From Actinopolymorphaceae bacterium (GTDB lineage: Bacteria; Actinomycetota; Actinomycetes; Propionibacteriales; Actinopolymorphaceae), in the NCBI GenBank assembly GCA_036564245.1, contig DATCKU010000056.1:21392-53391 (forward strand): DNA of 32,000 nt, read 5' to 3'. The position numbers and the translations under genes were made by a program. Below the pieces are notes generated by a model, which was given only the letters and a program-made list of their open reading frames with translations, made no database searches and had not been told where the DNA came from. This document shows positions 1 to 8,423 of this stretch, in pieces; position 1 is the first letter of the stretch, and each line of letters opens with the position of its first letter.

Positions 1-472
1 CGGCCAGTGCACCCACGAGCAGGCCGATGATCCACGCCAGGACGGCCGAGATGCCGAGCAACCCGACGGTCCACGGCAGCGCCCGGATGATGACGACCTG
101 CACCGGCGTCGGGTAGTTGATGAGCGACGGCCCCAGGTCGTGTCCGATCAGGACCTGGTACATGTAGTGCAGGTACTGGGTGAAGATGTTGCCATCCAGG
201 CCGAAGACCTCACGGTAGTGAGCGATCACCTCGGCACTGGCCGCCTGGTTGTAGATGTAGTTCTGCTGCAGGCTCTGGATGAAGGTCTGGATCGGGTCCC
301 CCGGGATCATCCGGAAGAAGAAGAACGCGACCGTCATCGCGCCCCAGAGCTCGACCAGATACAGACCGAACCTGCGGATCGCATAGTTCGCGAGCGGGTG
401 GCGGCCAAGCCAGGCCCGGATCGGGTCTCGCTTGACCACCTCCTGCTCTGCACTCTTGGTTACCGCCGCCAC
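1..472 (-). CDS. ABC transporter permease, Dpp/Opp (peptide/nickel) type; N-terminal part only, 3' end lies outside the window
   Basis: Own minus-strand translation from GTG at 472: VAAVTKSAEQEVVKRDPIRAWLGRHPLANYAIRRFGLYLVELWGAMTVAFFFFRMIPGDPIQTF... The hydrophobic helix followed by PGDP is typical of DppB/OppB N-termini. It starts 4 nt after the stop of the upstream binding-protein gene, and the frame is open to the window edge. Confidence 0.8.
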   Translation of the reverse strand, partial: MAAVTKSAEQEVVKRDPIRAWLGRHPLANYAIRRFGLYLVELWGAMTVAFFFFRMIPGDPIQTFIQSLQQNYIYNQAASAEVIAHYREVFGLDGNIFTQYLHYMYQVLIGHDLGPSLINYPTPVQVVIIRALPWTVGLLGISAVLAWIIGLLVGALA

Positions 473-476
473 CGGA

Positions 477-2339
477 TCACCTTGGCGCCTTCTGTCCCGT
501 CGGCTTGAGCCGTCCGATCACGAACAGGAACTGACCCCACCAGTTGTTGGGCACCTGGTACAGGTCGTCCTCCGTGGGCCAGCCAGTCCAGAACGTCGTG
601 TTGTAGTACGCCGGGTACGCCGTCTGGATGACCGGGATCACCGGAAGGGTCCGGTAGTACTCCTCCAGCGCCTGCTGCAGCAGTGGCTGCGCCTCCTCGC
701 TCTCGGGGTTCATGTTGTTGAGCTGTTGCGACAGCTGGTCCAGCTTCTGGCTCCGCAGCCGGACCTGGTTCCGGCCGACTGCGTTCTCACCCACGGGCTT
801 GGCCCACCGGCTCTGGTGCCGGCTGTACAGCTGGTTGGGATCCCAGGAGACGTCACAGCACCACTGCGAGGAGATGTCGAACTGGCCGCGTTCCCACTTC
901 TCGCTGTGCACCGAGCCGCTGTAGCTGCGGATCGAGGCCTCGACCCCGAGCTTCTTGAGCTCCTCCACGACGAGCTGGCCGATGATGAACTCGGCACCGT
1001 CCACCGGCGCCGGCGTGATGACCTCGACGCTCGCCGGCTTGCCCTTGTACATCCGCTTGCCGTCAGGGCCCTTCGGCGCGATCTCGTCGAGCAGCTGCTC
1101 GGCGCGCTTCGGGTCGTACGTCATCGGGTACTTCTCGGCGATCTCGGCGATCTCCCACTTCTTGTTGCCGTCGTAGTCCGCCCACGGGTACTGCGCAGGC
1201 GGGGTCTCCACCGGCCACACCGTCTTGCCGATCTTCTCGCGGTCGAGGAGATACGAGATCACCCAGTGCATGCGCGGCTCGCTGATGATGCCGCGTGCCG
1301 GGTCGCAGTTCAGCCAGAGCGCACGTGGGCACGGGTCGTGGAAGGGCGTGGTGATGAGGTTGGGGTAGCCCTCCGACCGGAGGATCTTCGCGTGCTCCTC
1401 GTCCAACGAGCCCACGTCGAACTCGGCACGACGGAACGCCTGGCTCGCTGCGTCCTGTGACTCGGCGACGGACTGGAAGATGACGTACTCCGGCGCCGGA
1501 TCGAACTTCGCCTTGTTCCAGTAGTTGGGATCCTTCTTCCAGACGAACATCTTCTGGCTCTGGATCGCCTGGTCGAGGACGTACGGCGCCGTGCGTACCG
1601 GCGGGTTGTCCTTGAACTTCGTCGGGTCTTCCTTCGACCAGATGTGCTCAGGAAGGATGTCGAAGCCCGCGACGATCGTGCAGATGAAGCCGTAGTGCAG
1701 CCGGGGGTTCGGCTTGGACAGCTCGAGAACCGCAGTGTGCTCGTCGGGCGTCGCGACGTTGCGTACGTAGTCGGCCAGGTCTCCACCGCCGCCGAGCAGG
1801 TTGGGATTGTCCCGCTTCAGCTCGACCGTGAACTTGAAGTCCCGCGAGGTCAACGGCTGGCCGTCGTTCCACTTCGCGTTCGGGTCGAACGTGAAGGTGA
1901 GCGTTGTGAAATCCTCGTTGTATTCGTAGTCCGTGGCAAGCCACGGGATGAGCTCACCGGTCGGCAGGTTCAGGTAGAACATGTACTCCCGCGCGACCGT
2001 GTCGAAGCCGCTCCCGGCCTGGACGCCGTTCGGGATCATCGGGTTGAAGCTGTCGAAGACCTGGAAGTCCACCTGACCGATGATGACCGTCTTCTCCCGT
2101 GGCGTCGGGATGTTGGCCTTGCCGATGACCGGCTGGTCAGCACCCTTGGGAGGCTTGCGTCCCTGACTGGAGTACGAGCCACCGTCTCCTGAGCACCCAC
2201 TGGCCAGCCCGCCGAAGAGCAATGCTGCGCCCGCGCCGAGCCCGGCCCCCAAGGCTCCGCGTCGGCTGATTCGTTGTTGGGACAACTGGTAACGCAGTAC
2301 GTCCCCAACGTTTTCGTACTTCCTACCTTTCGACCCCAT
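477..2339 (-). CDS. ABC transporter substrate-binding lipoprotein, family 5 (peptide/nickel type)
   Basis: Long ORF (track 477..2354). ATG at 2339 has a GGAGGG Shine-Dalgarno 8 nt upstream. The N-terminus has a Tat-like SRRGALGAG and a lipobox LASGC. Size (~620 aa) and segments such as KWNDGQPLTSRDFKFT fit family-5 binding proteins. Confidence 0.9.
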   Translation of the reverse strand: MGSKGRKYENVGDVLRYQLSQQRISRRGALGAGLGAGAALLFGGLASGCSGDGGSYSSQGRKPPKGADQPVIGKANIPTPREKTVIIGQVDFQVFDSFNPMIPNGVQAGSGFDTVAREYMFYLNLPTGELIPWLATDYEYNEDFTTLTFTFDPNAKWNDGQPLTSRDFKFTVELKRDNPNLLGGGGDLADYVRNVATPDEHTAVLELSKPNPRLHYGFICTIVAGFDILPEHIWSKEDPTKFKDNPPVRTAPYVLDQAIQSQKMFVWKKDPNYWNKAKFDPAPEYVIFQSVAESQDAASQAFRRAEFDVGSLDEEHAKILRSEGYPNLITTPFHDPCPRALWLNCDPARGIISEPRMHWVISYLLDREKIGKTVWPVETPPAQYPWADYDGNKKWEIAEIAEKYPMTYDPKRAEQLLDEIAPKGPDGKRMYKGKPASVEVITPAPVDGAEFIIGQLVVEELKKLGVEASIRSYSGSVHSEKWERGQFDISSQWCCDVSWDPNQLYSRHQSRWAKPVGENAVGRNQVRLRSQKLDQLSQQLNNMNPESEEAQPLLQQALEEYYRTLPVIPVIQTAYPAYYNTTFWTGWPTEDDLYQVPNNWWGQFLFVIGRLKPTGQKAPR

Positions 2340-2912
2340 CACGCCGCCCTCCACTCCGCGATGAGTAACCGATCATCGTCGCTGCGTCACGGCACAGCGG
2401 TGCCATGCACGGAACACAACGGGAAGCCACTCCGGTTGCTGCTGAACGCCAGCAACTCCATCGGCCGAGCGCCTAGGGAGTCAGGCCAAACTACAGTGGC
2501 AAGTCGGATGGAAGTCAACAGGTGGAACTGCCCATTTCAGGCCATGGAACGGGTTGCGTCGGCCGATCCACCCGGCGGGCACCTCCACCGGCACGTCCTA
2601 TGTGTACCTCGGGACGGGACAAGCCCGCGGTCGAACGGCTTGACCAAAGCGTTATGAGCGACGCGCCACTCGATCGTCTCCGTCCCGATCAGTGGCCGCG
2701 TACGAAGGTGGCGCGGGTGAGCAACCGGCTCGCCGACATGCGATGGGCGACCGGTCGTGCCGTGGCTCCGGTACGGCCTTACGTCCATTCCCTGCATGCC
2801 GCCCATGATCCGCGCATGCCTGCGGCCTCGCCCGGCAGACATGATCATTCGAGCTGTCGTACGCAGCGACGAGGACGTACGGCATTCGTACACCTGACCA
2901 GCACCGATGCCG

Positions 2913-2965
2913 GCGGCAACAGGTCGACGACACGACTGTCCGCGGCAACAGGTCGACGACACGAC
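2913..2965. repeat. Perfect 24-nt tandem direct repeat x2 (GCGGCAACAGGTCGACGACACGAC), 5-nt spacer
   Basis: Read directly: 2913..2936 and 2942..2965 are identical, separated by TGTCC. The 29-nt period is not a multiple of 3. Confidence 0.9.
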
Positions 2966-3148
2966 GCCCAGGCAGGGACGACCCTGAAGACGATCATGTC
3001 CGATCCTCTGCCACTCGGCTCCGGACGAGTGGCAGAAGATCGGAGCACGATCTCGAACTTCCCCTGCAGAGCCCAGGCCCTCAGCAGGGATGTTCCGTAG
3101 AGCGGAATGGAGCTGTCTGGGTGTCGCCTCAGGTGGGCCTCAGGTGCG

Positions 3149-3808
3149 TCACGGCATCTGCGACCGGATCCACCGCTCGAGGGCCGGCCCGGACTCGAAG
3201 CTCGTGATCAGCGCGTAGCGCGGCTCGGGACCCGGGTGGTACACCGCGTGCCAGAGCCGCTCGGTGTCCACCACGAACTGAGCGTTGCGCGGCAACGGGA
3301 TGCGGCGCTCGGTCGACGGATCGTCCTTGCGCTCCCGCAGCACCATGAAACTGTCCGGGTCGTCGGTGAGGTTGAGCCACGCTCTGACCACCCAGCCCTC
3401 GCCGTCGGGGTTGAGTCGGTTGTTGTCGTCCTGATGCAGGAAGCGGTTCTGCACTTCCTCGAGGCTGTTCGACGGATTGAGCTTGATGATCCTCACCCGG
3501 CCGAACCGGGCGCCCACCTGCTCCACCCAGCGCCGCAGGGTCGGCGCCTTCTGAGCATTGTCGGTCCACAGGCCGTCTTTGTCGGGCTTGCCGTGCTCCC
3601 AAAATCCTCGTGGGTCGTCCGAGCCGTCGCCAGAGGCGAGGACGGCGAAATTGGTGTCCCCGCCAGATTTCCAGTCGAGGTAGCTCAGTGACTCCCACTC
3701 CGCGGCCGGAATTGTCTGCTCAAACGACTTGAGGATGACGAACCCATGGGGCTCGAGCAGCTTGAGTCTGCGATGTGTCATGGAAAGTGCAACCCCCGAA
3801 ATGACCAT
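3149..3808 (-). CDS. Hypothetical protein; tentative cupin / Asp-Asn beta-hydroxylase-like 2-His-1-carboxylate fold
   Basis: 219-aa ORF with good high-GC codon pattern. Pattern LNPSNS..FLHQDD...RAWLNLTD...FVVDTERLWHAVYH resembles the HxD...H beta-barrel layout of AspH-like oxygenases (weak, from memory). Alternative start is ATG at 3779 (MTHRRL). Confidence 0.6.
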   Translation of the reverse strand: MVISGVALSMTHRRLKLLEPHGFVILKSFEQTIPAAEWESLSYLDWKSGGDTNFAVLASGDGSDDPRGFWEHGKPDKDGLWTDNAQKAPTLRRWVEQVGARFGRVRIIKLNPSNSLEEVQNRFLHQDDNNRLNPDGEGWVVRAWLNLTDDPDSFMVLRERKDDPSTERRIPLPRNAQFVVDTERLWHAVYHPGPEPRYALITSFESGPALERWIRSQMP

Positions 3809-3818
3809 GTGTCGTACG
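3793..3818 (+). repeat. Copy A of dispersed motif (CCCCCGAAATGACCATGTGTCGTACG; core 3800..3811)
   Basis: Exact match to core AATGACCAYGTK. It overlaps, antisense, the candidate ATG (3808) of the cupin-like gene. Confidence 0.8.
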
Positions 3819-4024
3819 CGCCGTGCCCCTGGTTACACGCGTCGAAAGACAGGGGCCGTACGCCGATGGCGTATCAGTCGGGGGCTAGATCCCCGGCTCG
3901 TCGAGCCATGACGCCGCCCGGAGCAGGTGAACCTGCTACACACGATCATGCGTATGCATCGATACGCGCCACTGGCCTACCAAAGGCACTAAAGGGGGTA
4001 TGCCTGGCTTGAGCCATTCCCGAT

Positions 4025-4093
4025 GGAACGTACCGCGAAACCTCCCGCGTCGTTGCCTACCTTCGCCGAACCTCCCGCGGCGTTGCGTACCTT
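4025..4093. repeat. Imperfect direct repeats with ~31-nt period (GAA(A)CCTCCCGCGKCGTTGCSTACCTT)
   Basis: 4037..4063 and 4068..4093 agree at 24 of 26 aligned positions with one 1-nt indel. A partial third unit (GGAACGTACC) lies at 4025..4034. Confidence 0.7.
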
Positions 4094-4098
4094 TCCGA

Positions 4099-4156
4099 GG
4101 CGTCTAGGACCCGCAAAGAGGTCAATGGTCGACTGAACGTGGTCATTTACAGGGGG
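4099..4156 (-). repeat. Copy F of dispersed element (core on minus strand = plus 4136..4147), abutting the response-regulator stop codon
   Basis: Minus strand reads TGA|CCCCCTGTAAATGACCACGTTCAGTCGACC... It also shares GGCGTCTAGGAC (4099..4110) and GTCGAC with the element at 28183..28278. Confidence 0.75.
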
Positions 4157-4828
4157 TCACTTTCGGGGGCGGGAGACGAGGCGGTAGCCGATGCCGCGGA
4201 CCGTCTCGATCCGTTCCGGGCCGATCTTGCGGCGTAGATAACGGACGTAGACATCGACGACGTTCGAGCCGGGGTCGAAGTCGTAGCCCCACACGTGCGA
4301 AAGCAGCTGTTCCCGGCTGAGCACCTCGTCCGGATGGCGGAGCAACAGCTCGGCGAGCAGGAACTCCCTGGTGGTGAGCTCCACCTGACGCCCGGCGACG
4401 TACGCCTTACGAGTACGAAGATCCAGCGCAATGTCGCCATGCCGCACGATCGTGGTGACCTGGGCTCGCACGGACCGGAGCCGAAGCCGGATCCGGGCCA
4501 GCAACTCCTCGAACCGAAAGGGTTTTCTCATGTAGTCGTCAGCGCCGCCATCCAATCCCGCCACCGTGTCCTCTACGGAATCGCGTGCGGTGAGGACGAC
4601 GATCGGAATGGAGTTCCGGGACTGGCGAAGTCGCCGCAGGACGTCGAAACCGTCGACGTCGGGAAGTCCGAGGTCGAGGACCATGAGGTCGTAGTCACCG
4701 GTCGAGGCCTGGCGGATCGCGGACTCCCCGTCCGGCACCGTGGTGCTCGAGTAGCCGTGTGCGCGAAGGCCTTTCTCGATGAAGCCGGAGACACCGACCT
4801 CGTCTTCTGCGATGAGGATGTTGCTCAT
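4157..4828 (-). CDS. OmpR/PhoB-family response regulator
   Basis: MSNILIAEDE... receiver domain (DLMVLDLGLPDVDG, phospho-acceptor Asp context) plus a winged-helix C-terminus (...IETVRGIGYRL). Start taken at ATG 4828, not the longer track ORF. Confidence 0.95.
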   Translation of the reverse strand: MSNILIAEDEVGVSGFIEKGLRAHGYSSTTVPDGESAIRQASTGDYDLMVLDLGLPDVDGFDVLRRLRQSRNSIPIVVLTARDSVEDTVAGLDGGADDYMRKPFRFEELLARIRLRLRSVRAQVTTIVRHGDIALDLRTRKAYVAGRQVELTTREFLLAELLLRHPDEVLSREQLLSHVWGYDFDPGSNVVDVYVRYLRRKIGPERIETVRGIGYRLVSRPRK

Positions 4829-4944
4829 CCTCGTACCTCTCTCTCCGCGGCGATACCGGTCACTCTTGCCGAGTCTCGTTCCCCGTCCGTCGGCACAAAA
4901 CACCGGAACGCAATCAGGCGTTTCGCCCAACCCCGCCACTCACC

Positions 4945-6177
4945 GTGGAGATAATGGCAACCGGGAATTTCGACGCCTTACGCGCAGCCTCTCCAGCGCA
5001 TCCGCACGGTGCGCGAGTAGGCATGTGTGTCTCTAGCGGGAACCAACGGCCGACGGGGGTGCCAGTGACGGTCGGTGTCCACAAGGGCGGCGGGCTCGCG
5101 AGCCTACGGATGACCGTGGGCGGCGCGATGAAGCTGCCTGGCCGCATGGCGCGGCCACGCAGCGACGGCCAGCATCGTCTGGCGTACGCCGGTCGCGTGA
5201 AGCCCACGCGTGTGGAGCACCTGTGCGCCACCAGCGTCGTCCTTGGCGCGGCCATCCTGGCGCTCGGGCTCGGCCTCAGCACACCCACCCTGCCGGACGG
5301 AGTGTTCACCATCGCACTCACGCTCGTCGGCCTGCTCGGCATCGTCATGCTCGGCTGGTTCGGCACCGGTCGGATCCTCGCGTCGGCCTTCCACCACCGC
5401 ACGGAGACGATGGCCGACGAGGTGCTCGCTGACGCCGGTCACGAGCTTCGTACCCCGCTCACGGTCATCCGCGGGCACCTCGAGCTGCTCGACCCCGACG
5501 ACTCCGACGACGTGGCGCGGACCCGTGGGCTCGTGCTCGGCGAGGTCGACCGGGCCGAGCGGCTGGTCGACGATCTCGTCACGCTGACGACCGCGAACAA
5601 GCCGGGCTTCCTCCGGCTGAGCATCGTCGACGTCGCCGAGCTCGTCGACCGGGTGAGCGCCACGGCGCGTGCCATGGGCCGGCGTGACTGGCGGATCGAC
5701 GCCCAGGCCCATGCGTACGTCGTCGCCGATCCGGAGCGACTGACCCAGGCGCTGTTGCAGCTAGCCCACAACGCGGTACGCCATACGAGAGACGGCGACG
5801 TGGTGGCGTTCGGGTCGGGCTACGACGAGCGATCCAACGAGGTCCACATGTGGGTACGCGACACCGGCCCAGGGGTGCCACCCGAGGATGCGCAGCGGAT
5901 CTTCCGTCGGTACGAACGCGGCACGGCGGCGGGTCTTCAGGATCGTCGCGCTGGCCGGCGGGGGCAGGGGCTCGGCCTTGCCATCGTCCGGGCGATCGCG
6001 CGAGCTCACGGCGGCAGAGTCGACGTCGAGCCGGCGCCCGTCGAGTCCCAACGTCCTCCCGGATCGTCCGGCCCGGGTGCGAAGTTCACGCTCACACTCG
6101 CCGCGGTCGGCAAGGACGAGCGGGCCTCCGGCGCGCCGTCGGCAAGCCAGCAGGCGACGACCGGCACACCACGGTGA
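4945..6177 (+). CDS. Sensor histidine kinase, minimal two-TM (intramembrane-sensing type); start uncertain (4945..5140)
   Basis: H-box HELRTPLTVIRGHLELL, N/G boxes (LLQLAHNAVRHT, DTGPGV, GQGLGLAIV). Two predicted TM helices are separated by only ~7 residues (TPTLPDG), with no HAMP or extracellular domain. Confidence 0.9.
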   Translation: MEIMATGNFDALRAASPAHPHGARVGMCVSSGNQRPTGVPVTVGVHKGGGLASLRMTVGGAMKLPGRMARPRSDGQHRLAYAGRVKPTRVEHLCATSVVLGAAILALGLGLSTPTLPDGVFTIALTLVGLLGIVMLGWFGTGRILASAFHHRTETMADEVLADAGHELRTPLTVIRGHLELLDPDDSDDVARTRGLVLGEVDRAERLVDDLVTLTTANKPGFLRLSIVDVAELVDRVSATARAMGRRDWRIDAQAHAYVVADPERLTQALLQLAHNAVRHTRDGDVVAFGSGYDERSNEVHMWVRDTGPGVPPEDAQRIFRRYERGTAAGLQDRRAGRRGQGLGLAIVRAIARAHGGRVDVEPAPVESQRPPGSSGPGAKFTLTLAAVGKDERASGAPSASQQATTGTPR

Positions 6178-6229
6178 CGCGGGGTCGGACGACGACACAC
6201 CTGCAGGCGGCGGACCAGGACAGGCGACC

Positions 6230-7774
6230 GTGAAGCCAACCCGACGGGCCGTGGTGCGATCCTCGGCGCTGCTGGCTGCGCTCACCGCGGTGAGTCAGGT
6301 GCTGGGGTTTGCTCGGGACGCCGTGATGGCGGCAGTCTTCGGCGCCACGTCTGCCGTGGACGCCTTCCTGGTCGCCCAGGGCCTGGCCAACCTGGTGCTC
6401 GGCCTCATCACCGGGGCCATGTCGCGCGCCCTGATCCCTCCGGTCACCCGAGCCGCTGCCGCCGGGAACCCGACAGCCGCGCATCGCACCGTGCGGGTTG
6501 CGCTGACCGTGACCATCACGGTGCTGCTCGCCGGCTCGGCCGTGATGTTCGTGGCCGCCCGGCCCATCGTCGGTGCCCTTGCCCCGGGCTTCGACCCGGC
6601 GACCGCTGACGAGGCGGTTCGCGCCACCAGGATCGTGTTGGCGGCGACGTTCTGCATCGCGGGTACGAACCTGCTGGCCGCCGCCGCCCAGGCTCACGGA
6701 CGCTTCTTCTGGTCGGGCTTTCAGGGTGTCCCGTTCAACCTCATCATGATCGCGTGTGCTGCCGGGCTGGGTGGCCAGTTCGGCGCGACCGCCCTGGCGT
6801 TGGGTTTCGTGCTCGGTTCGTTGGCCCGACTCCTGGTCCAGCTTCCGGCGGTCGGCGCGATCCGGCTCCGGCTCTGGCCCTCGTTCCGGCTCCGCGACCC
6901 CGGCTTCCGCGAGATGCTGCGGCTCGCCCCACCGCTACTGGTCGGCAGCGCCATCCTCAACGTCAACACCATGGTCGACCGCGCGGTCGGCTCGGCACAG
7001 GGCGCGGGGGTGATCGCGTCGCTGAGCTACGGCTGGCGGATCGTGACGCTGTCTGAGGTGGTGCTGGTCACGGCGTTCACCACCACGCTGTTCCCCGCGT
7101 TCAGCACACTGGGCGACCCCGCGCGGCGTGCCGAGCTGCGACACGCCACCCAACGGGTGCTCGGCGTCGTCATGCTGCTCATGGCTCCACTCGTCGTCGT
7201 CTTGATCGTCGGCGCCCGACCGATCGTCATCCTGCTCTTCGCACGCGGCAGCTTCGACGACCGGGCCATCGCGCTCACCGCTACCGCTGTCTCCTTCTAC
7301 TCCGTCTCGCTGGCGGGGCTCGCGGTACGCGAGGTCGTCGCGCGTACGAGCCTCGCCGTAGGCGACAGTCGTAACCCCGTGCTCTCGGCGTTCACCGCCA
7401 TGCTGGTCAACGTGGTCGGTGACCTCACGTTGGGCGTGCGGTTCGGCGTGGCCGGCCTCGCGGTGTCGACGTCACTCTCGGTGATGCTCGCGGCCACGAT
7501 GCTGAGCACGCTGACCGCGCACCGACATCGCGCGGTCGCACTCCGCCCGCTGCTGCGAACGGCGGCCTGCGTCGCCGCGGCGTCCACCGTCTCCGCCGTC
7601 GCCGGCTGGGTGGTGTCGCGGATGATTCCGGTCGACGGAGCGTTGCACGCATTGCTAGCCCTCGCAGCGCTCGGCGCTGCGTGCCTTTTGTCGTACGCCG
7701 CGGTGATCCTGGCCTTGCGCCTTCCCGCGCTGACCGACCTCCGTCGCAGCCTTGCGGACCTGCGCATCCGCTGA
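6230..7774 (+). CDS. murJ: Lipid II flippase MurJ (MviN family)
   Basis: From in-frame GTG 6230: VKPTRRAVVRSSALLAALTAVSQVLGFARDAVMAAVFGATSAVDAFLVAQ..., the classic MurJ N-terminus, followed by ~14 hydrophobic segments. The upstream part of track ORF 5888.. overlaps the kinase and is Arg/Ser-rich junk. Confidence 0.85.
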   Translation: MKPTRRAVVRSSALLAALTAVSQVLGFARDAVMAAVFGATSAVDAFLVAQGLANLVLGLITGAMSRALIPPVTRAAAAGNPTAAHRTVRVALTVTITVLLAGSAVMFVAARPIVGALAPGFDPATADEAVRATRIVLAATFCIAGTNLLAAAAQAHGRFFWSGFQGVPFNLIMIACAAGLGGQFGATALALGFVLGSLARLLVQLPAVGAIRLRLWPSFRLRDPGFREMLRLAPPLLVGSAILNVNTMVDRAVGSAQGAGVIASLSYGWRIVTLSEVVLVTAFTTTLFPAFSTLGDPARRAELRHATQRVLGVVMLLMAPLVVVLIVGARPIVILLFARGSFDDRAIALTATAVSFYSVSLAGLAVREVVARTSLAVGDSRNPVLSAFTAMLVNVVGDLTLGVRFGVAGLAVSTSLSVMLAATMLSTLTAHRHRAVALRPLLRTAACVAAASTVSAVAGWVVSRMIPVDGALHALLALAALGAACLLSYAAVILALRLPALTDLRRSLADLRIR

Positions 7775-7835
7775 GCTGGCAGCGACACTTTCGCCTATTC
7801 TGCGAATCGAAGCCATATGAAGGTGAGGCTTTGGC

Positions 7836-8309
7836 ATGAAACTCACCGACGAGCAGTTTCGCAGCCTCTTTCTTTTCCGCTATGCGCTACGGCGCTTCCT
7901 CTTGCGTAGTGCCCAAAGCGCCGCGCAGGTCGGGCTCACGCCGCAACAACACCAGCTGCTGCTGATCCTGCGGGCCTATCCCGGACCCACTCCGCCCAGC
8001 ATCCGTGAGGTGGCGGACTATCTGCTGGTGCGCCACCACAGCGCGGTCGAGCTCGTCTCCCGTGTCGAGGCGATGGGGTTCGTACGCCGGCAACTCGACC
8101 CGCGAGACCACCGGATCGTCCGCCTGGAGCTCACCGAACGCGGTCGCCGCTGCCTGGACGACATGGCACCCACGCACCTGCAGGAGCTCCAGGACGTTTC
8201 CTCCGCGCTCGGCATCAGTGAGGAGGGAATTCACGAGATCGCAGAACGTTACCTTCGGGCGAATCTTGGTGACATTGCCACCATCACGGCCGATCTCCGC
8301 CTAGGCTGA
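7836..8309 (+). CDS. MarR-family transcriptional regulator
   Basis: 157 aa. Winged-HTH pattern LTPQQHQLLLIL...SIREVADYLLVRHHSAVELVSRVEAMGFVRRQLDPRDHRIVRLELTERG. Confidence 0.9.
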   Translation: MKLTDEQFRSLFLFRYALRRFLLRSAQSAAQVGLTPQQHQLLLILRAYPGPTPPSIREVADYLLVRHHSAVELVSRVEAMGFVRRQLDPRDHRIVRLELTERGRRCLDDMAPTHLQELQDVSSALGISEEGIHEIAERYLRANLGDIATITADLRLG

Positions 8310-8423
8310 GGGATAGCTCGGAACCCGATCCTTTTTGAAGCGTCGGGGATGGATCTTGGGACGCGAGTGCTCGGGTGGTTCTCGACGGCCGCAGGACTAC
8401 CGAGCAGCGCGGGGAGGCCAGCC

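Noticed and set aside
432-1460. Large antisense ORFs opposite real genes (432..1460 +, 15084..16496 -, 16112..17218 -, 22343..23401 +, 24036..25697 +, 12878..13735 -, and others).
   Set aside because: These are shadow ORFs of a high-GC genome. They have Arg/Ala/Pro/Gly-dominated composition and no family motifs, and each is fully covered by a well-supported gene on the other strand.
2340-2640. Possible cobalamin riboswitch in the leader of the peptide/nickel-type ABC operon. GCCACTG is seen on the minus strand; GGGAAGCC and AGTCAGG are seen on the plus strand.
   Set aside because: The B12-like pieces are split between strands and are in the wrong order. There is no GGTG..AA.TCC / CCCGCAACTGT core or ACCTGCC B12-box in the right place. 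A covariance-model scan would be needed to call it, so I make no call.
2913-2965. CRISPR-like direct repeats.
   Set aside because: There are only two units, with a 5-nt spacer, and no cas genes. This is a simple tandem duplication or binding-site pair.
3801-3911. A second 36-codon ORF beginning MTMCRT..., the same length as the one upstream of PhyH.
   Set aside because: Apart from the motif-derived first residues, the sequences are unrelated and Arg-rich. It lies antisense to the 5' end of the cupin-like gene. The equal length is most likely coincidence.
5888-6229. Long N-terminal extension of the MurJ ORF. The same pattern applies to extensions at 8963..9394, 10225..10422, 11715..11879 and 15815..16495.
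   Set aside because: The extensions overlap the preceding genes out of frame, are Arg/Pro/Ser-rich, and the recognisable protein families begin at the internal ATG/GTG that forms an ATGA-type junction. They are typical high-GC open-frame artefacts.
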